A stretch of DNA of 64,000 nucleotides from an uncultured Bacteroidales bacterium (GTDB taxonomy: Bacteria; Bacteroidota; Bacteroidia; Bacteroidales; Paludibacteraceae), in contig CAMEKM010000004.1 in assembly GCA_945921355.1 (NCBI GenBank), positions 6,305 through 70,304 on the forward strand. Reading direction: 5' to 3'. The stretch's first letter is position 1. Each line of letters starts with the position of its first letter. Of this stretch, positions 37,285-45,184 are shown in pieces. Below the pieces are notes generated by a model. The model saw only the letters and a program-made list of their open reading frames with translations. It was not told the origin of the DNA and did not search any database. Position numbers and translations under genes: made by a program.

Positions 37285-38630
37285 AATAAATTTGCTAAAT
37301 ATTTAACTATCTTAAAATAGACATCTTTATGGTGCTTTCGTTCTATTGCATTTATCAAATTGGAATGCCAATTTATACAAATAGTTCCCTGATATTTGTT
37401 TACTATAGCAAATGTTTCTTTTACATCTATCAATGTTTCCTCTGGTGTCCATTTATTTCTCATCGCCACACTATCCATCGCAATAAATGGAATTTCTAAT
37501 ATATCCATCTTTTCACGTTTCACTATGTCAAACATATGATATGGATAACAAATTCCACACCTAAAACCATTATAGTATTGGTATCCTAATCCACTATCAT
37601 ATTGAAATAAATTATTCCACTGATTAAACGTGTTCATATTATAAAACAACCCATGATTACGTCCTCCACGTATAACATTTTCTCCCACTATGGCACATAA
37701 ACGTTGATACTCACAAACAAATTGAGAATTATTATCAAAAGTGCTCTCAGATGGATGTATACCCACATAATGTCCACGCCTTAATATATTTTTTATTGAT
37801 TTTGTCACTTTTGGCTCGCTTACAGAATATGTCCATCCAGATTCCCCCGAGAGACAAGCTTTAAAATAAAAATAATTTTTAAGTCCGTGTTTATCACTGT
37901 AATCCATCAATTCATCATAACAATCAAACGGAGATTGACCCTTAACCTTATATGTCAAATAATTTTTTAACGAAGTAATGGCTTTGCTATACTGTTTATC
38001 TTTAAAAGCTAAACCAAATAAGTTTTTTATCAACACCGCAAAACTAGACAAATAACACCTATCAACATCATGCGTAACCATAATCTTATGAAAACTATTT
38101 GCAGAATAAATAATTCCCATCTTATCAAAAGTCACTTTAAGCCAATCAAGATATTCATTTACAATGGCTCTTTTCGTACAGTTACTTCTCACACATAACA
38201 ATTTGCTCTCATCACATTTTCCTGTTTTTTCACGTCCCAGTAAAAACTCCTCCCATCTAGTTAGACAAAAAAACGCAGATGCAAAAATATCAATACCACA
38301 TATTATTTTTTGAGCATTTTCCTCATAATAATCAACACCATAAATTATTGGCAAATCTTTTATATGATTAGAAGATGCAAAACGAACAATGGGTGGAATA
38401 TTTTCTAATTGGAAATAAGACAATTCCGACTTATTGTTATTCCAAAAGTGATCTTGAATAATAAATATCTTATCTTCAAAATATAAGGATGTACAATCAG
38501 CCTTATCATCTACTTCTATACGATAATTGATATTCAACACATCCCCAAGAAGGACAGAAATTATATACTGTCTCTCTTTTACATTATTTGATGGTATTGA
38601 TATTTTTAGTACTTGTTCCTTCATAATCAC
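37281..38630 (-). CDS. hypothetical protein, possibly a divergent polysaccharide deacetylase
   Basis: VTHDVDRCY and GIHPSES resemble the HDVD...H pattern of the deacetylase at 7653-8447. Otherwise unassigned. Confidence 0.45.
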   Translation of the reverse strand: MIMKEQVLKISIPSNNVKERQYIISVLLGDVLNINYRIEVDDKADCTSLYFEDKIFIIQDHFWNNNKSELSYFQLENIPPIVRFASSNHIKDLPIIYGVDYYEENAQKIICGIDIFASAFFCLTRWEEFLLGREKTGKCDESKLLCVRSNCTKRAIVNEYLDWLKVTFDKMGIIYSANSFHKIMVTHDVDRCYLSSFAVLIKNLFGLAFKDKQYSKAITSLKNYLTYKVKGQSPFDCYDELMDYSDKHGLKNYFYFKACLSGESGWTYSVSEPKVTKSIKNILRRGHYVGIHPSESTFDNNSQFVCEYQRLCAIVGENVIRGGRNHGLFYNMNTFNQWNNLFQYDSGLGYQYYNGFRCGICYPYHMFDIVKREKMDILEIPFIAMDSVAMRNKWTPEETLIDVKETFAIVNKYQGTICINWHSNLINAIERKHHKDVYFKIVKYLANLL

Positions 38631-39618
38631 TTTCTACTCCCCACAACAACTTAAAGCGCTGTAATTCCATTTCTTTTTTGTATGCCTCCAATAATTGACG
38701 ATAATCATATTGAGGTATATATCCCAATTCATTCATCGTCTTTGAAATATCGTTAACATATTCTCTTCCATTAGGTTTCTCTGGACAATAAATCACTTTT
38801 GATGGATTTGATTTTGGAGAAAAAACTTCTACTATACCCTTGATTTGTTCTTCCAAAGTAACAGGAATTCCTCTTCCCACATTATACATTCCTCCATCTA
38901 TATTTGCTTGAAGTGCTTTATCTATCACCTGGATTGCATCGTTCACATATACAATTTCCTTTGCCTTCGTAGGATCACCCCAAATTTCTACATTCTCTCC
39001 ACGAATAGCTTTATCAATAATCAAGCGATATGCCATATATTTTCTTTCTCCATTGACATAGAAAAATAAATTAGGATGATATGCATAAATTGTGGGCAAT
39101 CTTAAAACAAATCGTTTCAATCCGTACTGATGATAATAATGCTCGATTAAATCCACAGCAGCATTTTTACATATAGAATACACAGCATGATCACCAACCA
39201 ATGGGAATTTCTTCACTATATCAGAAGGTATAGGTTCTTTGCCCATCAAGTAATTGCTATCTGCTCTTGATTGACCAAATATAATTCTATTAACTTTTTT
39301 ATCTATGCAAAAATTTAGGACATTCAATGTTCCTTTGATAACAGAATCTATATATATTTCAGGATGATATCCTTCCATCGCAGCTGGCATTACGCCAGCC
39401 AAGTGAATAACTGCATATATATCATCTTCTTCTATTATGCTAAATGCCTCTTTTTGAGTAATATCTACCGAGTAATACTTAATTCCATTTTCGGAAAAAA
39501 AATTATTATCACTTCGTCTTCTACCAATAGCAATGATAGAATATTTTTCACTCAGTGCGGTAGCTGTATATGCACCTATCAAACCAGTAGCACCAAAAAT
39601 AACGATTTTCTTCCTCAT
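38584..39618 (-). CDS. NAD-dependent epimerase/dehydratase family protein
   Basis: IVIFGATGLIGAY Rossmann motif and YSICK catalytic YxxxK. Confidence 0.85.
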   Translation of the reverse strand: MRKKIVIFGATGLIGAYTATALSEKYSIIAIGRRRSDNNFFSENGIKYYSVDITQKEAFSIIEEDDIYAVIHLAGVMPAAMEGYHPEIYIDSVIKGTLNVLNFCIDKKVNRIIFGQSRADSNYLMGKEPIPSDIVKKFPLVGDHAVYSICKNAAVDLIEHYYHQYGLKRFVLRLPTIYAYHPNLFFYVNGERKYMAYRLIIDKAIRGENVEIWGDPTKAKEIVYVNDAIQVIDKALQANIDGGMYNVGRGIPVTLEEQIKGIVEVFSPKSNPSKVIYCPEKPNGREYVNDISKTMNELGYIPQYDYRQLLEAYKKEMELQRFKLLWGVESDYEGTSTKNINTIK

Positions 39619-39621
39619 ATT

Positions 39622-40311
39622 TTATATCAATGAATAGTGTTTTAACATTTTTTGTATATTATCTATTGAATTGAACATTAGAATGTCAATCATAGATAAT
39701 CCTGAAATAAACTCATTTCCATATTGTGGATATGGGACTACATTAGATTGTACAAAGTACAAATTTATATTCTCTTTTTCAAAAATACTTTTGTCATACA
39801 ATTCTTGACCACCTATAGCATTGTAATAGGTATCAGCATCTAACAATTTACAGATTTCTAAAATTTTGTCTTGGCCTTTTAAGGTGTTGTCTTTATCAAT
39901 ATCTGAAGACATTATTATCTTAGTCTGGATTCCCAAATACTGGCAGACATGTTTAATACTATTCGCAATGAAATCTGCTAAATTATTTGACTGATAGGAA
40001 AATATCTTATCCAATAATGCCATTACATCATTATAGTATGGCGCCTTATGATATGCCATATGTATAGTTTTGCGTAATTTAGTAAAATCATCCGCAATCG
40101 TAATCTCATTGATTAGTTTATTTTGACTTGCTCCATTCAGCGCAATCGTAAACATTTGCTTATCATTATTCACTAAGATATTATTCCTATTTATCCAGCC
40201 TTTTTTAATGTAATTCACATCATCATATACCACATACGTATCAACAGCTGCCATCAACTGCCAATAACCGATATACGGCATAAAATATGGTTGCATGATT
40301 CCTAATTTCAT
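39622..40311 (-). CDS. WbqC family protein
   Basis: The start MKLGIMQPYFMPYIGYWQL is characteristic of the WbqC family. Confidence 0.75.
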   Translation of the reverse strand: MKLGIMQPYFMPYIGYWQLMAAVDTYVVYDDVNYIKKGWINRNNILVNNDKQMFTIALNGASQNKLINEITIADDFTKLRKTIHMAYHKAPYYNDVMALLDKIFSYQSNNLADFIANSIKHVCQYLGIQTKIIMSSDIDKDNTLKGQDKILEICKLLDADTYYNAIGGQELYDKSIFEKENINLYFVQSNVVPYPQYGNEFISGLSMIDILMFNSIDNIQKMLKHYSLI

Positions 40312-40420
40312 CGTTTAACGTTTTAATGAGTTAGTGTTTAGTGATTCGCTCACTCGTTAATTCCTTCATTCGATCATTCGATAATTCGCTCATTCGTTAA
40401 CTCCTTCACTCGGTCATTAG
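40312..40420 (+). repeat. octamer-periodic tract (TCNTTMAN)n, left copy R1 of the direct repeat bracketing the island
   Basis: AATGAGTTAGTGTTTAGTGATTCGCTCACTCGTTAATTCC... aligns with 50090-50210. Confidence 0.8.
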
Positions 40421-40468
40421 TCGGTGATGAGGAGGTGGTTGATTGGTAGCAAGAAGGTTGTAAAGTTA

Positions 40469-41740
40469 TCAAATATCATTATTCTCACTTAACAAACGTT
40501 TCAGCGAATCTATATCTGGCAAGGCTCGACGTAATTCCTCTGGCATCTCCGCTGATGTATGATACTTAGCCACTCCCATCGGACTATCATAACGTTGGAT
40601 AACATACTCTACATAACTCTTGTCCATATCTTGGCACAAAACGATGCCAATACTCGGATTCTCGTTTGGCTTACGAACCTCATCATCCAATATTTGCAGA
40701 TAAGTTTGCAACTGTCCCAAATAAATCGGCTTAAACTCTCCCAGTTTCAATTCCACAGCGACTAAACACATCAACTCGCGATTATAGAACAATAAATCCA
40801 CAAAATAATCCTTACCAAATTTCTCCAAGTGATATTGATTGCCTACAAATGTAAAATCCTTACCAAACATCATAATGAAGTTCTTCACATTTTGCACAAT
40901 CGCATTCTCCACAACTCTCTCATCCATATCAGCCGCATCACGTACCCCTAACTCTTCCACATTCATATAATCCAACAGATACTCATCCTTAAACATCTCA
41001 ATTGCTTTTAACGCTTGAACACGTTTGGGAAAGGTCGCTAAGAAGTTATTAGGCATCTTAGCTTGATGATGAAACAAATCTTGCTTTAAACAATCGCGTA
41101 ATTTGTATTTATCCCACTTATTCAGTGCTGCTTGGCGAATATAAAAGAGACGTTCCTCTTGTGTCTTGGTTTGAGTCAATATTTCAGTATGATGAGTAAA
41201 ACTAATAGATAAAAAAGCATGAGCGATTTCTACATCAAACATTTCACTGGAAAAATCAAGACGCGTAATAGATGTCAGCAATTTAGTCGCCATCGGCGAC
41301 TCGTTTTCGCTAGCCGTTGGCTGGAAAATTTCTTCTACATTCAATTTTGCAGCCGGCGGCTGCAAAATTGACATCTCACTTATTTTTGCAGCCGCTGGCT
41401 GCAAAAATGGAGTATATTCATTCTCATCAACCAATAGTCGTTGATGTACATGATTGCACCAAACTTCATAGAACTGACGCATATAACGAATACTACGTTC
41501 GCTAAATCCCTTGAGACCTGGCAATTCTTTTCGCAGTTGCTCGCTAATAGCCTTAATAGCACCACTTCCCCACTTCTGAGTTCGTGACTCTTCAGATATA
41601 TATCGACCTACGGAATAATACAAAGCCAAAACATCAGAATTCACATTGCGAATTGTACGAGCTTGACTCTGCAAAATTGCAGTTTTGATAGTTGTTACAG
41701 CCCTTGATATAGAGAGCAAAGTATTATCGTTTTCCATCAT
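40469..41740 (-). CDS. YhcG/DUF1016 family PD-(D/E)xK nuclease-like protein
   Basis: DUF1016 N-terminal pattern (SERSIRYMRQFY) and a C-terminal nuclease-like core (VDLLFYNREL..VAVELK). An internal 3x repeat lies at 41308-41407. Confidence 0.8.
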   Translation of the reverse strand: MMENDNTLLSISRAVTTIKTAILQSQARTIRNVNSDVLALYYSVGRYISEESRTQKWGSGAIKAISEQLRKELPGLKGFSERSIRYMRQFYEVWCNHVHQRLLVDENEYTPFLQPAAAKISEMSILQPPAAKLNVEEIFQPTASENESPMATKLLTSITRLDFSSEMFDVEIAHAFLSISFTHHTEILTQTKTQEERLFYIRQAALNKWDKYKLRDCLKQDLFHHQAKMPNNFLATFPKRVQALKAIEMFKDEYLLDYMNVEELGVRDAADMDERVVENAIVQNVKNFIMMFGKDFTFVGNQYHLEKFGKDYFVDLLFYNRELMCLVAVELKLGEFKPIYLGQLQTYLQILDDEVRKPNENPSIGIVLCQDMDKSYVEYVIQRYDSPMGVAKYHTSAEMPEELRRALPDIDSLKRLLSENNDI

Positions 41741-41765
41741 TTCAATATATATCTATTTCACGCTG

Positions 41766-41797
41766 CAAAGTTACAAAAATCTTTTGGATTATGCAAA
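41766..41797 (-). promoter_or_regulatory. promoter of DUF1016 gene a
   Basis: TAACTTTG at 41766-41773 and TTTG at 41794-41797, with a 20-nt spacer. The module is nearly identical to 50041-50072. Confidence 0.65.
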
Positions 41798-41809
41798 TTA
41801 CTCTCTCGC

Positions 41810-42052
41810 TCACCAGGCGGTAATGACACCATGCTGAGTGGTGTGTGCAAAATTTGCATATACCATATTTTTATCTAGTTCTCCCTCTGCAAAAAAATTG
41901 CTTATATGCCTTCCAATAGCCGTTCTATCTCGTTCAAACAATTGAGCCATTTGTTCCTGCGTAATCCACACAGTTTCCCCATCAAGCCGGACATCAAGTT
42001 GAGTTATTCCGTCTTGCGTTTGATAGATTACTATTTCTCCTTTATCTTCCAT
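41810..42052 (-). pseudogene. RhuM-family virulence/Fic-associated protein, N-terminal fragment only
   Basis: The 80 aa (IVIYQTQDGITQLDVRLDGETVWITQEQMAQLF.RDRTAIGRHI) match a RhuM N-terminus. The ORF stops where the DUF1016 promoter module begins. Confidence 0.6.
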
Positions 42053-42127
42053 TATTTCTTCGTTAAATCATTCACTTTCTTCTCTCGCTTCTCTCTCGGT
42101 GATGAGTCGGTAAAGCTTTATCAATTA

Positions 42128-42218
42128 TTTTACTAGTTGTTTTACTAGTTATTTACCAGTTTATATACTAGTTAAGTCTTTGCTTTACTAGTTATTTTAC
42201 TAGTCATTTTCACTAATT
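42128..42218. repeat. iteron-like array: 7 copies of TTTACTAGT(T) with ~12-bp phasing
   Basis: ACTAGT cores (or one-mismatch variants) start at 42132, 42144, 42155, 42167, 42187, 42199 and 42212. Confidence 0.85.
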
Positions 42219-42351
42219 CATTTATTTTTTTCCTCCGACTCACTTACGAGAGACTTACGGGACAGATACGAGAGGATGAGTCTGCATGTGATCCCAATGT
42301 GTATTACCATTTGCAATTTTGTACATTACGAAATTCACAAGCGAATCTTTA

Positions 42352-43668
42352 CTATAAATCTAACATCATATCTTTTGTAAAGGATAGCATGTATTCATTA
42401 AACTCATCATTTGTTATAAGATGTTCCATCATCTTCCAGAGCATTTCATCTGAAGTGCGACTAAAAGTATTATTGTTGTATACAGAACCTTGTGCTGCAA
42501 TGATAAAATTATATTTACTTAAATGCCTCACTCTCAATTCTGCTTTATTTGAGGTACTTACAATTTTTCCCCTAATTAATGCATGACCATCATCATACTC
42601 TTGACGCGTAATCAATCTATTGCAGAAACGATTACGTTTAAATATCGCATATTCTTCAGAGATATGTTCTAAAATACCATCTTTATACAAATTTCGTTGT
42701 ACTGCGCATTGAGTTTTATACAATCCAGTTGGACTATCTGGCATACATTCAACATATACGTATTGATTATAATATCGAGCAGTAGATGAATACACAACAA
42801 TTCTTTTTATAATAATTTCGTCGCTCCCCATTAAATATTTATTTCCTTTAAGATGTTTGAATTTATCAATGTTGCATGCACTGCCACATCTAAACCACCA
42901 TATAGGGTGAGTCGAATTATGCAACCCTTCTATGGACTGAAAATATAATGGCTGTTCTAATAAAGTAGTTAATGCTCGCTTGATATCCTTTTCTCTTGTA
43001 TATTCTTTCAATCCTCTAAGCCCAGGAAAGGCCTTTCCTATTCGAACATTAAACAATGTTGTGGAATCTTGTACGGCTTTGGGAATAATAGATGGTTTAT
43101 AAAAGTATTTAATTTTTAAATCCTCTACAAAAGAATGAAATTTCTCATACACAGAAGACTGAGGAGTACGATGTTTTCCATTCTTTCTTATTTCCTCAAT
43201 TACTTCCAGAATTGGCTGAGCAAGTTCACATTTAGAGCTATTAAATTGATAGACACGCTTATGATTAATATCGAATGGCAAGTCATTTATGTTCCAACTG
43301 CCTTGATGTGCAACAAGAATGATGTATCTATTTCCAACGGCGGACATCGCATACCCTAATTCCAATAACACATTAGGATTTGTAATCTCTTTATTTTGAG
43401 AACTACCATTCCCTATAAATTTATTAAAAGCTATAATAGGTGTTAGATCACAAATAAAGACATCACACGAATCTATTTTTTGTAAAATGCTGTGATCTAT
43501 TGCAGGCATTCCTGATTCTCCTAACGTAGAATGATCAATCACAACTTCATATCCATAAGATGATAGAAGTTCTTTTTTAGCCGACTCCAAAGCCGACTCT
43601 ATCAATTGTTTCTCTTTGTTCTGCGTATCAGATTGCCAAGAAAAGAATATTTTAAATTGTTTTTTCAT
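42352..43668 (-). CDS. TIR/nucleoside-2-deoxyribosyltransferase-like N-terminal module fused to an unassigned ~290-aa C-terminal region
   Basis: KIFFSWQSD, CDVFICDLTP, NPNVLLELGYA and LPFD motifs lie in residues 1-150. The remainder has no recognisable motif. Confidence 0.6.
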   Translation of the reverse strand: MKKQFKIFFSWQSDTQNKEKQLIESALESAKKELLSSYGYEVVIDHSTLGESGMPAIDHSILQKIDSCDVFICDLTPIIAFNKFIGNGSSQNKEITNPNVLLELGYAMSAVGNRYIILVAHQGSWNINDLPFDINHKRVYQFNSSKCELAQPILEVIEEIRKNGKHRTPQSSVYEKFHSFVEDLKIKYFYKPSIIPKAVQDSTTLFNVRIGKAFPGLRGLKEYTREKDIKRALTTLLEQPLYFQSIEGLHNSTHPIWWFRCGSACNIDKFKHLKGNKYLMGSDEIIIKRIVVYSSTARYYNQYVYVECMPDSPTGLYKTQCAVQRNLYKDGILEHISEEYAIFKRNRFCNRLITRQEYDDGHALIRGKIVSTSNKAELRVRHLSKYNFIIAAQGSVYNNNTFSRTSDEMLWKMMEHLITNDEFNEYMLSFTKDMMLDL

Positions 43669-43674
43669 ACAAGC

Positions 43675-44667
43675 CTATATGCGATTGTTTTTGACAAGGC
43701 GCCAATAATACTTACCAATAGGAGTTAAACGGCAAGACTTAGATTCCATAGCAGCAAAATACATAAAAGGAGCGCCAACTGGTTCGATGAAACCTATTTT
43801 TTGCAATTCTTGCAAGCACTTAAATTTCTTTATGTTTTCCGCATTAGCATATGGTTCTATGTATTTATGCTCTACTGTTGGGCTGTTCGTATCCTCATAT
43901 GAAGGATCCAAGGCATACTCCTTGTCCTGAGTTTCAAATAAAGCAGTAAGTTGATGAATCGTTTCATTTGGAACTCTAGGTGTCACATTTCGAATGGCTA
44001 CAAATTCCGACACATTCGTCTTAAATATAGGCCTTTGATCCCAAGCCCCTAACGAGCGATCAATATAAGCATATATTCCTCCCATTGTGATATTACCACT
44101 GAAGTCGGCAGCTTCTCCACTTAGAGCCGTTGTTAACAACTCTGTAAATATACCATGGCCACCCATTTCTACAGCTGATTCATCATCACGACATGCAGTA
44201 AGAATGGAAACTCCTGATGCCAATACGCTTGTCACAGCATCCACATCATTGGCCCCGAGTAAACCTGAGTGACAACAATCTAAAATCAAAACTTTGTGCT
44301 TAGCCTTTGAGTGATTTGCAATATCCATCAGATAATCCATCTTTATCCCTAATTTGGAATAATCTTTATTTACAGTTGCTATGTCAACATCTTGGGGGAA
44401 TACTAATTGTCCTCCATTGGCATCAACATATCCATGACCAGAAAAATAGAATAATGCTATATCTGCATCATCATGAAAGAGGTGTTCTATATATCCCTTT
44501 GCGTCTTCACTACGTTGCAAATCCGGCAATAGCATTATATCAAAGTTCTTTGAATTATCTTCGTTTCGTTCTAATACCGAAGCCAGCGCATTGATATCTT
44601 CAATGCATCCATGCAATTCACTACCGGCTGGGTAGTTATTTATACCTATTAAAAGTGCTCTTCTCAT
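43675..44667 (-). CDS. caspase-like (peptidase C14) protease with a ~100-aa C-terminal extension
   Basis: ALLIGINNY, FYFSGHGY (His78) and LILDCCHSG (Cys131/132) motifs. Confidence 0.85.
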   Translation of the reverse strand: MRRALLIGINNYPAGSELHGCIEDINALASVLERNEDNSKNFDIMLLPDLQRSEDAKGYIEHLFHDDADIALFYFSGHGYVDANGGQLVFPQDVDIATVNKDYSKLGIKMDYLMDIANHSKAKHKVLILDCCHSGLLGANDVDAVTSVLASGVSILTACRDDESAVEMGGHGIFTELLTTALSGEAADFSGNITMGGIYAYIDRSLGAWDQRPIFKTNVSEFVAIRNVTPRVPNETIHQLTALFETQDKEYALDPSYEDTNSPTVEHKYIEPYANAENIKKFKCLQELQKIGFIEPVGAPFMYFAAMESKSCRLTPIGKYYWRLVKNNRI

Positions 44668-44669
44668 GA

Positions 44670-45074
44670 TTATTTTGCCAAATTACGTATTGCTTGAACG
44701 ATAGATTCTGTATTCCATTTCACAATATCATCTGCTCTTTCTTGAATAACACGCGAGACATGCTCTTGTCCCCACGGAATGACACCTAAAACAGGGATAT
44801 TATTTTCAATAGCCGTATCAAGTTCCCATTGCATCCACTCGCTATACGATGCATATACTCCGGCAAGACCGATTACTACATCAGCCTTTTCAATTAAAGG
44901 CCTTACACATGCATGTAAATAATATACATTATCCGAATTAAATTTATTTTCTGGAGTTACTTCCAAAAAATCTACCTTAAAATAGCCACGCTCCTCCAGC
45001 AGTGCCCTAAGACTCTCTAAATCATCCAAATGATCCCATGAATGACTAATGAAAAGATTATAAGTTTTTGTCAT
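44670..45074 (-). CDS. TIR-like domain protein (DUF1863/ThsB type)
   Basis: 134 aa with NLFISHSWDH (beta1) and SEWMQWELDTAI (conserved Glu84). Confidence 0.75.
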   Translation of the reverse strand: MTKTYNLFISHSWDHLDDLESLRALLEERGYFKVDFLEVTPENKFNSDNVYYLHACVRPLIEKADVVIGLAGVYASYSEWMQWELDTAIENNIPVLGVIPWGQEHVSRVIQERADDIVKWNTESIVQAIRNLAK

Positions 45075-45184
45075 ATAAATTAAGTTTAAATGTTGATTTT
45101 GTTTTAATTATTATCCACCCCCGAATCTCTCCCATAAGCGAGTCGTGTTTGTCTCTCGCTCTTCTCTCGGTCATCTCTCGGTGG

